NCBI GenBank assembly: GCA_049724395.1
Contig: JAUGWO010000102.1
Coordinates: 434,001-470,256, forward strand
Origin: Spongospora subterranea f. sp. subterranea
Lineage: Eukaryota
Direction of reading: 5' to 3'
DNA length: 36,256 nucleotides
Shown piece after piece: positions 19,352-31,910 of the stretch. The stretch's first letter is position 1. Every line of letters starts with the position of its first letter. The position numbers and the translations under genes were made by a program. The notes under the pieces are model-generated. The model worked only from the letters and a program-made list of their open reading frames with translations. It did no database searches and was not told the DNA's origin.

Positions 19352-21619
19352 ATGGTGAAGTTCGGGAAGTATTTGTCAATATCGGCGATTCCAGAATGGC
19401 ACTCGCAGTATCTGAATTACAAGCAGCTGAAGAAGATTCTCAAGCAACTGAAAAATATAGAATCGCAATCCGCTGTCCCAGACGATAGCCTTCCCAGGAA
19501 TGTTCGAGTGTTAACAGACGCAACAGGCCGAGCTTTTATGGTAAATATTAGCGACAGTCCGGTTGGCGAGGATCATGCCGCAGCACTAGGTACGCTCTTT
19601 CCTTCATAGGATTGTTTAGTCTTTGCTAACTACTGCTTTTCCATTGTGAAGATACTCTTTTGCCAGCAAACATTGACCATCGTGATATTGAACTCGTGTT
19701 TTTCCGATTCCTTGAATCAGAATTACAAAAGATTTCGCGTTTCTTCAGAGACCAAGAGGAATTTTTCTGTTCGCAAGTGGAAGCAATGACTGCCAAAGCC
19801 CACCAGAAGAGACAATCGTTGAAGAGGGATAAAAAATTTCATGGGAATAAGTTTCGCCTAACTTGTCAATGGTTATTCCAAGGTCTTCAACATCTACAAA
19901 ATTTTCATGTTTTGAATTACGTCGGAATCGCCAAGATTCTGAAAAAGCATGACAAGATTTCTTCGTGGAAAACGTCGAAAGACGTTATAATGCCCGTTTT
20001 GAGCCATCCTGACCGATATCCTCCTCTTGATATTGTCTTGAAGCTCATGAAGAAAGTCCAGGTATTTGAGTCCGTTAGGTCTGGCCTCCGCTCGCTAAAC
20101 TCGAATTTGTTTTCTAGGAGGAATTTGTCAGTTTATATACGGACGGGAATCACTCTGCCGGTGTTGAAATGTTGAGGATTCTACCCAAGAAAATGTCCCA
20201 TGGAACATCATTTACCGCTGGCGTCACTGTCGGTTTATTGATAGCGCTGATTGGCGTCATCGCAACAATATTCCTTCTGAACCCTCGACACGAAATTCCG
20301 GATGAGTTCCTTGCAGCATTTCCCCACGTTTAGGTTTCTAATTCTACTTGTGTTCGCCCTAACTGTATGGGGCGTCGATATTGCGATATTTGCCAAGAAG
20401 CAAATCAATTATGGATTTATAATGAATGCCGATCCTAACACACTTCTACGAAGCAACCAGATTATTCTAATTGCAGCGTCAAGTTTCGTCCTTGTTCTAT
20501 CTTGCCTTACACTCTTTCTGGTCGTGACTCTCTTCTCGACTAATTCTCACGTTGATTCTGGAGTGTTTCACCTCTGCGCGTTTGTTGCACTGTTTCTGAT
20601 GATGTTTTGCCCATTCAATATTCTATTCCGCCGGACCAGAGTCTTCCTTCTGCAAACCTTCTCATCGATCATCGTAGCGCCGTTTTCAGCAGTGCAGTTC
20701 CAGCATTTCTTTTTGGCCGATTTTTTAACATCGATGGTTCGCGTGTTTTACGACCTCAACTATGCTGTCTGCTTCTACGTCACGGGAGGGTTTCTCAGCC
20801 ATTCGATGGAAATGTGCACCCATTCGGTATCCGTTGGTCGATGGGTCCTCGCTTTTCTGCCATACTGGTGGCGTTTTGCCCAATGCCTTCGACGCTATAT
20901 GGACACCAAGCAATCGTTTCCCCATCTTGCGAACGCTGGCAAGTATGCTGCCGCCTTAATGGTCACCTTTTTCTCACTTCTTTGTAGGTCTCCAGCCCCT
21001 CTGTTTATTTCTCAGTAGTTCCTAACCTGATATACAGCTGATTCATATAAAGGGAATACCAGCTTGCTGATCATCTGGATTGCTGTTGCCATTGTAGGCA
21101 CTGCTTTTTCTTTTGGCTGGGATGTTCTCATGGATTGGGGTTTGGCTGAAAAAGGGAGTCCACATTTCTTTCTTAGGTCCAAACTGTTGTTTTCGCCTTG
21201 GGTAATATTTGATAATCGTTTCATGAAGCGATATCCTTAACGTTTTAGCGTTATAGGTTTATTATTTTGCAGTCATCACCAACCTACTGCTTCGTGTAAC
21301 CTGGGTATTCACGATTTCGCCCAACAGTATCATTTTCGTCAACCACGAAGTGCTTCTACTAGCCCTGTCGATTGGAGAGATCTTACGGCGTGGGCAATGG
21401 GTGATTTTTCGTGTAGAAAACGAGCATCTTAATAATTGCGGTAAATTCCGGGTCGTGAATGAGATACCGATGGAGATGAGCGCACATCTTCCTCAAGCGG
21501 GGGACGACGACGAATACGAGCGTATCGACGGCACTGTCAGCACGCGCAGCAGAACGAGACCAGATGCGCTGATGTTGGAAAGAAGATCACTCTCTTTTAC
21601 AGATTCAAGAAAAGATTAA
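19352..21619 (+). CDS. XPR1: SPX-EXS phosphate exporter (XPR1/PHO1/SYG1 family), multi-exon
   Basis: SPX 'MVKFGKYL...PEWHSQYLNYKQLKKILK', 'LNYVGIAKILKKHDK'; EXS 'FFLADFLTSM', 'PYWWRFAQCLRRY', 'HLANAGKY', 'WDVLMDWGL', 'EILRRGQWVIFRVENEHLNNCGKFR'. Confidence 0.96.
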
Positions 21620-22109
21620 TTTTGTGTCAGTCAATATCCACTGTATATTTATCAAATGACCTGTTTCATAAACACTATATATTCTGCGATTTCGTCAATA
21701 TCAAGTAAATACTACTTTTCATCCACCATCATGTTGTTGCGCAGTACGCTAAGATCGGCAGCGCAGCTATGTCGACAACCATGGTTGGAACTTCTTCATC
21801 AGGCGATGTCAAACTTTGCGGATGATCAACCCAGATGAGCAATTTGGGGCCAGCCTTTGTTGAGTTGGAAATTGTCAGAAAGTTGGCCCTCATCTCCAGT
21901 TGTCCGTGACGGGTCTATTTCGTTTCGACCTACGTTTCTGCACATTGCCGTGTATCGGGAGGGAGTCAGGTGACCCCGCTGGTTCAGTGCACTATTCACT
22001 CTCAATCGGTTCATCGTATGCATTAGGATTGCGGCTCGGGGTGGACGATTTGCTGCACCACACCTCGGCAACGGTGACGTTCGCGGGAGTCGACATCGCC
22101 CCGTTCATC

Positions 22110-25100
22110 ATGTTCCCGTCATCCACACCTGACGACTTACCGCAATTATCACAAGCCACTGAGAAACTGGCACAATCTTTTCTCTCAGATGAACAGAAAC
22201 AGGTGAAACTTGACAACTATGTTTATCAGGTAAATTCATCGTTTGCGTTTTCAACGGAATCTACCCAGTTATTGTTCGGTTGCGTTGTAGGGTGCAGCGA
22301 TGCACTGCGAACGGTATGCCTATCTGCCGCAAACAATTCTGGATCAGTATGATCGTACGTTGATGCAGCGCCGAACAAATCTCAGACTGCTGACTGTTTC
22401 GGCTCAGGTCTTGAATGCAAAAGCTTTCTTGGCATTCTTCCCGAAATCAATAGAGTTTACATCACCATTGACAATAGGTTGTTTCTGTTCAACTATAACG
22501 ACGGGTCTGTATTCCAACAGACTGGGTCTAGTTTGCCCTGATTTCATGTTTAGGTCGGTGTATGCTTATGATGATTTTGATCAAATCATAATCAGCGTAG
22601 CGTTGATAACTCCAAAACCAGGCGTCTTTATTGATGAAATCGAGTATCTGCTTGTCGTCGCTACGACATCAGAAATTGTCATCCTTGGCGTCTGCTTTGA
22701 AGGCGGTTCACAATCTGGAGATATTGAATTAAAGAAAAGTCAGTTATCGGAACTGCCCTGTCGCTGCGGTAGTGACGTTATATGTTGCAGCGTCATACTA
22801 TGCTTGTTCCGATGGTGTACATATGCTAAAGATTGTCTGCACTCCTCCCCCGTCATCGAGAATTTTTGCTGCCGGTAATAGATGTCACGAACCAATCACT
22901 GGTTTATCAACGGTGCGTAGGCAAGGATGGTCGTGTTTATGAAATTGATTATTCACCTGGCTCGAGATGGTTTTCCAAAAAATGTCGGAAATTGAGCCAC
23001 ACGTCAATGTTGGTAGAACTTATCACTGAACAATTTTTGCCGTGATATTGATTTTTGAAAGGACCGATAAATTATCTGTCCTCTTTCCTGTATTTAGTCT
23101 TTTTCGTTCGACTGATCCTCTGGTGGATTTGATTGTGGATGATGTCAAGGTGCTCCCTGTATCGGCACTGCTCCTATTTTTCTTACATGTGCTCAGTGCA
23201 ATCTTTACGGGTTGAGCAAATCTAGCTGTCTTTTCAAGTACGAACTAGGGACTGGAAAGTTTGATGAATGTCTAGGGCCGATCATTACTGATAGCTCAGA
23301 AATCAAACGGAGCCTTGGCGCCGACGCTGGAACTGATTTCTCTATAAGTAAGTCAAATAATCAGAATTTTAATGTCGAACTGGAGCATGCTCCATTTGTT
23401 GAGCCGCATTCCAACTGAATGTGCTGATGATTGTTTTAGTTGGTTTATCCGTGCATCATATGTTCCCATCCAGTGACCTATGTGTTATTACGAATCATGG
23501 TCATCGTGTTTTCCTGAAATCGACAAAGGGCGAGCCATTGGTTGTTGAATCTGTTCGTATATGCCCAAGATACATCGATGCACCAAGCTCTGGGACAATA
23601 CGGAAAAAATATAAACCTTTTTTCAAGTAAAGGTATCTTGCTGTACTAGGCAGCTTCTAAATACTGAGACCTTCATTAGGCCAAAGCCCCTCTGATGTTA
23701 GATCGGCAATATACGCCAATGGGAACCTTCTTGTTGCAGATATGCGTGATCCTCAGTTTGATACGCTGATTGCGGTATCGTTGATTAAGTCAGGTGATGA
23801 TTCGTTATCGGCAACGGCTTCTGGTAATACACAACCGATGACGGCATCTGCAGATGAAAATGTCGAAAGCCATACTCTCGGTATCACATTGTCAAATGTA
23901 TGTCAATTTTCAGCTTATATTCGATTTCCAAGATTGTCGTGTTCACGATATTAAGGCCGCACCCATTGGTGGCTTTTTGAATAAAGCGCCTCTGGCTGCC
24001 ACATTGCTTCGAAACTCGAGCTCTCAGGTCCCAATGGCTGGCTTATCGCCGCTTGCTTTTCAGCATGCGGTTCCAGCTCCTAGATTTATCGTCCTCACTG
24101 CTGCAAGGGTCATCATTTACTCATTGAACCGTCCAATTGAGCAGGTTTCAAACTTTGTGGATTTCACTGCACCGCCTAGTCAGTTGATTTTGTTATGATT
24201 TAGGTATCCGATCTGCTAAATTCCGAACATAGTAGTTCGAGTTTACTAGAATTAATGAAGAAATTTGGGATGGTTGAATCCTGCGCTATGCTGCTGAGCA
24301 TTATTTGTTGCCCAAAAGTTGTTGATTTTGACAAACCGAGTCATTCCACGAGTCAGGGAATATATATCATTCAGGTAAAAACTAATTTTCAAACACATGC
24401 GTCACCTATAACGTATTTTTTGTTCAGGATCGTCGTAACGAGGCTGCACCTGAACGCAATTTTACACATTTTGATCAGAATCAAACTGTTAGGCAGGCAG
24501 CCATTGATGCGTTTATAACTTTTGGAGGAGAGTCTTCTTTTCAAGTCAACAGTGTGCGTATTCGGCTGTTCCCTTGTTCTGTGCTGCAACTGATTGTCGT
24601 GCAATCGTGAATCAGCTCGATCACAATGTCACTTGTTCGTTTGCGCATAACTCGTTGTATCTCACCACTTCGCGGCTTCTGCGCTCGATTTGGTTCACAA
24701 GCCTGGTATTTCGAGATCAACACCAAAACGCAGTTTCGCCTACAGCCGCAGGCTCAGTCTGAATTGCTTTACTCTCTGACCAATCTTTATCGTTTCATTA
24801 GCGATTATCAACTTCCCAAGGTAAATTCGACCACCTCATCGATATTTTCTTTGCTCAGAATTTTTAGTGCCGACAAGCACAAGCTCATGATTTTGCAGCC
24901 GGCAGCGTAGAGCTAAGTTCAACGAATGCTTTGCACAAACTTATCTCGAGGACCATCGAAGTATTAATTTTCCCTTATATTTTAATTACTATAACTTATT
25001 TATGCTAGGTATTACGTCTTTGTTTTCTGCTTTGTCAATCAGAATGCCTTCCCCAAATTCTTCAAATTATGGATAACGGGGATCGCTTCACGTTAGAATC

Positions 25101-27281
25101 GAGTGCGTTCAAAGACATCATGGGATCGGTATTGTTTATTGACTTTCTGTTTTCTGTTTGGTTCATTGCTGCGAAGTCTCAGGGAATTAAGTGTTTGCAG
25201 AGTTTGATTCGTGCTTTCATGGAAGTTGAAGGTAATTGGGTACGCTCAAACTTTGTCGCCTCGTTGGATTTGATTTTTTTGCAGGTGGATTGTCACTCGT
25301 TGGCCTTTTACGAACGTCATGTCCTTCTTTTATCAACGCTAGTGATCTGTAGGCAGTCGCTTTCACCGACCATTTGTACTGTGACTTATCATGAACAATA
25401 GTTATTTGTTCAATGGCAATCAGCTGCTTGTAGATGCCAAATCACAAAGACTTGAAAGAAAAGCTTCGAAACTCCACCAAGATGCGTTGGAATGCTTCAA
25501 AAAGGTTTTTATTTCATGATGTTTATGATTTGCAGCACCATAAATTTGGTCTCTAGGCGTCAACTGATATCGAGTTCCCGCTTGCTTCCGTTGTGGCGAA
25601 ACTGATGGTACTGCCGAGAATGTTCGTGCAGGTTATTATCTTATTCTTTGTATAGGAACGTGGACGACTTACAGATGTAGTAGAACTGTGTTTATGGCGT
25701 GCGTCGTCACTGGACCGCAGCACTTCCTCAACCGAATTTTCTAGTGAGGAGAGCAGGCTTCACATGCAATCCATCGCCTTACGACAAAAAGCTGCTTATC
25801 AGGTTGAACCCCCTTTTGTGTTGTTCTTTGTTGTCATTAACGTACCTCATACCTAGATCATCTGTAGTTCGCTAGATGAAGCGATTTCATCAACCTCTTC
25901 GGCTTTTTCTCAGCAAGAAATCAAAGCATCTCTCGCCGCCTGCTTTCGAACATCATTGCATTCTTTTTTGGAAAACTCCTTTTTCCCCTTCTATGCTCAA
26001 AAATTTGACTCTTCATATGATATTGAGTGTCAGCCGTTCCAAAGTTATCTCGTCAAGCATCAACAGGTGTCTATAGGAGACTGTCCATGAGATACACTCG
26101 TTTAATGTTTTGACGTAGTTCGATCGCCTTCATCAGTATATGGCTGCTCTGGAGAAGTTCGGTGACGGGGCAAGGTTTTTCGCTCAGTTGCCAAATAATA
26201 TTGAACTGTCCGGGCATCACCTCAACATCAGGGATAGAATCCGGTACGTTGGTGTTGTTGGAACTGATGAAAATTTCAATTTTGCACTTTAGGTTTTTAG
26301 AAATCGCAATGGAACTAAGCCGGCATAGCAGCGTAGAAGATCACTCTCTGAAATCCGAGTTAAGGAAAGCTGTGGGAACTAGGAGAAATTCAATCACAGA
26401 TAATCGGTAATCTCATCGTCGAAGAAGAAGGGAGAAATCAAGTTGCTGGAGGAGCACCACCGGGACCAGGCTCTGGTGGCACTACAGATCTGTCTCTTTG
26501 TTTATCTCAGCTTCTATCGGGTCTGTTTTTTTCCTCAAGTGCGCCATCTGAAAGCCCTTTGACATTTTTCTAGGTGATGCACTCTATGATATCGCGTGCA
26601 GGCACAACCTGTTCGAAATGTGTCTTCGCATATTGTTCGTAGAAGATAGTCGCCAGCATCGTGACGTTGTCGCTGCATTATATTCAAATATTATTTCGTC
26701 AATTATTCAAGAAAAAGAAGGTCACAACGCTGATTGGAGGTACTTGCTGATAGTGTGGATATACATTCTTTTTAATAACATTAATTAGAATTGCGGTGAA
26801 AGAGGTCGTGTCCAGACTTGGGCGCCAATATCGTACTTCTGCGTTCATGTTCCCAGCCTCGCTAATATGCAACCTGCTCGAACAGCACAATATCACTCGG
26901 GCGGTCTCGCCTGCTGATGTAACTCCATCTTTCGTCGCTCCTCTTCTAGTGGATCTGGTTCAATATCCCGTTGACCAGTTGATCACCATATACTCTCGAA
27001 TGATCGAACAGTAAGCATTCATCGGTTTCTGCTGCCCGCCTGACATTGAATTGTGTGGTAGTTGGTCTCTGACCCGAATTCCTCTTTTTGGGTCGATTCA
27101 ATATATTTTGGCCCCTGCCAATGTCGATGCATTATCAGGCAGTCCCCTTCTGTATTCTCATATGGTTGCCAGTGCTGCTGATTTATGTGAATTTTGCCTC
27201 AGCTTCACTGATAATCCTTTTCGTGAACAATTCTCTCGTCTCAGGCAAATCTATTTACAGAAGAAAAATCTGGGCATATAA
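22110..27281 (+). CDS. NUP155: Nucleoporin Nup155/Nup170, many short exons (start approximate)
   Basis: 'LGILPEINRVYITIDNRLFLFNY', 'YDDFDQIIISVALITPKPGVFIDEIEYLLVVATTSEIVILGV', 'GKDGRVYEIDY....WFSKKCRKLSHT', later 'LRTSCPSF'; helical C-terminal half; stop at 27281. Confidence 0.92.
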
Positions 27282-27367
27282 AGTACACAAAATGTTTAAT
27301 TGAATTTTAATTTTGCCGATTATTAGACGATTAATGAATAAATCTGGGATCACGGCCGCTTTAGGCT

Positions 27368-28796
27368 TTAGTGCAAAGCAATCTTCCTTTGAAGAGCGGA
27401 GATCTCTTGTTGAAGAATATCTTGTTTTGAGGATTGCTGGCTGCGCCGCCAATGATTATTACTTTGAAGATCTTCAAAGTTCTTGCAGGAGAATGGAGTC
27501 TGTGCCCGCTTCGCATTTCAATTGCTCAGTAATCGAACTGAACTCTTTTTCAAGAAACATCGTCGTGTGTGCATCCGAAGCAAACTGAGTCTTTAAATCT
27601 TTCATGGCCAATCAGTAATCGCTCTGAACAATTCAGGCTTAAAATTACCTAATAATGCCTTCCCACGCGAGGCAATCTTTGTTTCAGCCTTTGCAATCTT
27701 CAGTGTCAGCATTTTTTCTTTTTCACAAAGTGATAAAAATGCCCTAGACCTCAATTGGATATCTTCGTTTACATCTTTGATACAGTTGTCAATGGAAACA
27801 ACAGCTTTGGCAAACTCAAGCTCTCTATCGTATTGCGACGTGTGATGCCTTTCACATATCGACAAACTAAACGATATATCAGAACCGTTTCTCGTCATTG
27901 TTGACGATAGCATCTGTGAGGTCGGAGAGCGAGGATTAATTTCTTCGGGACTCTCAGCTGATTCGCAGAGACAGCGCTTTGATTCGATTCCACAAATAAA
28001 CGAAGAGAGATCCAGTTGAGAAACAGATACATTGAACTTGTGATGAACCGGTGGAGGATTCAATGAGATCGTCTACAAGACATGCATTGATATACGAAAT
28101 CGCAAAAATCCTTATCATCATACGCTAGACAATTGCCAATAAGGAAGACCAAGCGCCCAGAAACTAGAATATTTTTTTCGCCATGAAGAACATGATACTG
28201 AACAGCGGACGAACGTAGAAAGTTGTAAAAAAGGAATCAGATTCACATCAAAACAGCGCAATGCATTGCTTTCTAAGCAAACAGGTCGATATATGTTGGG
28301 CAACAGTTCGTAACCATACCGATTATTTCAAGCTGTATGCCAAGTTGGGATTGCAGGACATCTAATGCTTGTGTTACAGTTCGAGTTTTGAACCTAATCT
28401 CCGACGTATTCGCTTGCAAAATTTTGGTCTTCTCGCTTACTTCTGCAACTTCCGAAACGACACTTGCAATTTGGCGAGTGATGGAGCGAACCTGTTTATG
28501 CAGTTTAATGCCAGTAAAAGAGACTTGATTGAAAAAAGTGGATTTGAATAACAACAATTCAAAGAAACAATGAACCGACGGTAGCACAGTATTTGGTTTG
28601 TCTGCTCTTATTAGAGCTTGACGCTTCACAGTTTCGATTATCAATGACGTGCTGTAGTTGGAAACACGATCCCACGACCTGGTCTGCAAGTAGGAACAGA
28701 TCCATAACTTCCATGATCAACGCCAACAATATTGGTAGTCAACGGAAGACCAAAAATAGTATCATGCAGTTCGCAGTCAAGTTTTGCCCAAGTCAT
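27368..28796 (-). CDS. Hypothetical coiled-coil protein, multi-exon (start uncertain)
   Basis: Heptad-rich exons in ORFs 28273-28689 and 27602-28063; last exon 'KQDILQQEISALQRKIALH*' with stop at 27368-27370. Confidence 0.55.
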
Positions 28797-28971
28797 GGAC
28801 TGTGGCTCTCGGCCGAGGTAACACCAAATGTCCAATTACACAGGGCTGCGCCCGACACATTTGACGTGTGGTACTGTGAAATTACACCGAAATCACCAGC
28901 AGTTTAAATCAAAGAATACTCAGAATTGAAAGATCGAATCGTTTTGATGCATTAAGAAAAAATCTTTGGCC

Positions 28972-29049
28972 TTGTTTTTTATTTCATATAAAAGGATTCT
29001 CGGGAATATTTTGTTTTTTATTTCATATAAAAGGATTCTCGGGAATATT
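28972..29049. repeat. Exact 39-bp tandem duplication
   Basis: TTGTTTTTTATTTCATATAAAAGGATTCTCGGGAATATT at 28972-29010 and 29011-29049. Confidence 0.95.
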
Positions 29050-29502
29050 TTACGGTTCAATCGAAAGCAATGTTCGGATGTTCTCGAAACGCTTATCCAG
29101 CTATAGAAACGAGTGAAACTTTTTCAGATGGTGATTATCTCGATGTTCAGAAAATGGGAACATATAATGAAACAACGGAATTGCTCAAACAATACTGGGT
29201 GAGTTGACTAAATTTGTTAAATTGTTCTGAATTAAACACTATTAATATCCCATCAATAATACTAAAATTACGGCGATGAAATTTGCGACTGATCGCCATG
29301 TTTCTTGGCTGACCCCGTTTCGATGATTACATCAGGCGAGTCATTAATCCACGATCACATCTGTTCGCAGACTTTTCTCGACAAAATTGACTGTGGCCAA
29401 ACCATTTTGACCGATGATAGGTCTATAGTCATTGCAGAAGGCATCTCCAGCGATTAGTTTGAAAGAGCAATTGAAGTCAATGAATGTGACCAGTGTAGCG
29501 AT

Positions 29503-30166
29503 GTGCTCGACATATCGTTCCGTTCAGAGAGTTTGAAAATTATCGTGGAGATGTCAGAATCACCAGACCATGCAATTGGCGCCCCAACTTTCGAGCAAAC
29601 CATATTCCTTGATGATCTAGGAGTGCCTTTTATGCAGAGCCTTGCGTCAACAGGTTTTTTGTTCAAAATTTTCCTATATCTTCATGAAGATTTATCAAAA
29701 TTAGGTAAACCGTTGAAAAGACGGAAAGGGAAAGCGAATGGAGGGTTGTTTCCCATGCATACCAATGTCGGAGAACCAACGATCGTCATCGAGTTCGGGA
29801 ATTCACACAACAGGATGTTGCATCGGAGTCGCCGATAAATGCCGGTCGTGGTTGTCAAGGTCAAGCGATCCGCTCAAAAAGCCGCGAATCGCTGTCGCGA
29901 TAAAAGAATACAAGACTCAAGCAATGATCGATTGCATTATTTCGCGACTTGTTGATAATGGTGACCCAATTCAATACGGTCCAGTGGTCAGGATTATGAA
30001 TACCGATGAAAGGTTTGCAAAGAAAGTCGCTATTCCTGTTCGAGATCTGTATTTTTATGTCTCATTGCCCCCTCAACTAGAGCATCTCACTAAACTAGAT
30101 ATTGATCTTTACGACACCCTGCTCTTTTCTCGATTAAACCACCCTCTTATCAGAAAGAGTGATTAG
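29503..30166 (+). pseudogene. Uma2-like / Crinkler-type PD-(D/E)XK nuclease domain, frameshifted
   Basis: 'EMSESPDH', 'KANGGLFP' (expected K.PD position degenerate), 'EPTIVIEFGNS', 'DKCRSWL', 'RIAVAIK'; an 11-nt deletion (GCAACCGCTAC) relative to the paralog splits ORFs 29503-29838 and 29738-30166. Confidence 0.6.
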
Positions 30167-30185
30167 AGGCAACGATATGTTCTAT

Positions 30186-30676
30186 TCACTTTGGCATCAA
30201 ATAACGGTGCAGGGTGTCGTACAAATCAATCTTTAGAGTGGTGAGATGCTCTAATTGAGGCGGCAATGAGACATTAAAATACAGATCTCGAATTGGAATT
30301 GCGGCTTTCTTTTTAAACTTGTCATCGGTATTCATAATCCTAACCGCTGGACCGTACCGGATTGGGTCACCATTCTCAACCCGAAGCAAAACCATGCAAT
30401 CCATCATTGCTTGAGTCTGTATGCCTTGATCGCGACAGCGATTCGCGACTTTTTGAGCGGATCGCTCGACCTTAGCAGCCACGAGCGGCATTTATCGACG
30501 ACTCCGATGCGATATCCTGTTGTGTGTAGCGGTTGCGAATGCCCGAACTCGATGACAATCGTTGGTTTGCCAGATTTTTCTGATCGTCCTCTGGTGGACG
30601 TTGGGCTTATCTGCAACAGCGGAAAAGGGACCTTTGACAGGGTGGCCATTTTGAGTGTTGGCCTTGATAATTTCAA
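30186..30676 (-). pseudogene. Second, inverted partial copy of the same nuclease domain
   Basis: 'KPTIVIEFGHSQPLHTTGYRIGVVDKCRSWL...IAVAIK', then a 1-nt frameshift near 30418 into 'TQAMMDC...GDPIRYGP..RIMNTD...SLPPQLEHLT.L.IDLYDTL'; homology to the first copy spans 30209-30567 vs 29774-30122. Confidence 0.6.
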
Positions 30677-30722
30677 TGCTCTGCAACGCTGAGGATGATC
30701 CTACGCCGCCGGCTTTATGTTC

Positions 30723-31669
30723 AGCCACTGGGTCATCTACAAAAAGTCTCCACATTGCACACCTGTTTCTCGGCCTGCCACTCTGAAAAGACGATTGACG
30801 CTCTTCTAATCGTTCTTTCATGAACGGCTGAACGGCGTCATCAGCACGATGTGCCCGTCTTCCATCGCCATGCTGGTGCTCGCAATCGCAAGCTAAAATC
30901 CAATTGATGATTCCGGTTTCCCTCGTGAAGGAACTTTGTTTCTGGAGTACGTCAATGGCTCAGGTTATTGAGCGAAGGGTGCACGTTGATAAACGCTGGT
31001 TGAGAGAACTTGCCTATCTGCAGTGTTTTGAGACACGCCTCTGGCGCCCTCTTGACAATTTCCTCAAACCGAATTCTCGATGTCAGATCAGCACGATTAG
31101 GATGTGGACGGCGATGCGAATGGTGACCGAAATGGTGGGACTCAATATATTGTTGGATATGAACCGTTTTGAGAGTCGCATCACACGTGATGTGATCCAG
31201 ACGTTCCTTGTGGCTTGGACATTCCTTGTGGCTTGGACATTGCGTATCTTTCCCAGGGGGGGGAGACCACTTCGTCTCGCTGGTCGTTCTAAAAATTTGC
31301 AGGTAGGAATGGGGCATTGGTAATTGCCCAGACACGCTTTGAATGCGTTATGCCATTTGTCGACTTGTTACTGCCTTAACAGTGCATGGTCCAGCCTATC
31401 CCATGAACATCGCGCGGCCCGTCCTTCCGGGATTGCATATTCGAAAATGGACGTTGCCTTCCGGATACTCTAACTCTAACAAATTCTAACTTGACGGAAT
31501 CGGTGCAGAAACAAAAGTACAATCTGGGGGTTTCATTGAAAATGATCCAGTCGCTGAAAAGAAAGGCGGCGGCCTAACATGGTGCTTCTCTAGCGGAGAG
31601 TCAATGGTCGACTCAGGCCGAGAAACAGGTGTGCAAGGTGGAGACTTTTTTGTAGATGACCCAGTCGCT
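30723..31669. repeat. ~55-bp inverted repeat pair (30723-30777 and 31614-31669)
   Basis: AGCCACTGGGTCATCTACAAAAAGTCTCCACATTGCACACCTGTTTCTCGGCCTG matches the reverse complement of 31614-31669 with 2 substitutions and one 1-nt indel. Confidence 0.9.
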
Positions 31670-31866
31670 AAAGCCGAAGGATCACGATCCATCTCTGTCG
31701 GCGTGAATGTCGTGCCGGGGACTATGCGACTGATCAATTCATTCAGTTGCGTTTCATTGGGTACCAGCCCTTCTGGAGCGGTCAATGCAAGCATCGCTTT
31801 GGCCATTTTGATGATGAAATGCTGAAGTTCAGACATTTCGCTAAGTTCTTTTGGGGTGTACTCCAT
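31486..31866 (-). CDS. Hypothetical protein or gene fragment (helical N-terminus plus S/P/T-rich linker)
   Basis: ATG-initiated 126-aa ORF starting 45 bp from the minisatellite; part of it has an inverted paralogous fragment at 30723-30777. Confidence 0.4.
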   Translation of the reverse strand: MEYTPKELSEMSELQHFIIKMAKAMLALTAPEGLVPNETQLNELISRIVPGTTFTPTEMDRDPSALATGSSTKKSPPCTPVSRPESTIDSPLEKHHVRPPPFFSATGSFSMKPPDCTFVSAPIPSS

Positions 31867-31910
31867 GACGTGTCATTTATTGGTGAAATTGCGTCAGTGT
31901 TTGTGTTGCA

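Noticed and set aside
21656..22071. Possible small gene between XPR1 and NUP155
   Set aside because: Only short ORFs with no recognisable domain and no consistent exon chain; cannot be supported without RNA data.
27461..27480. Perfect 20-bp palindrome ACTTTGAAGATCTTCAAAGT
   Set aside because: Lies within a coding exon with no other copies apart from the duplicated block; probably chance.
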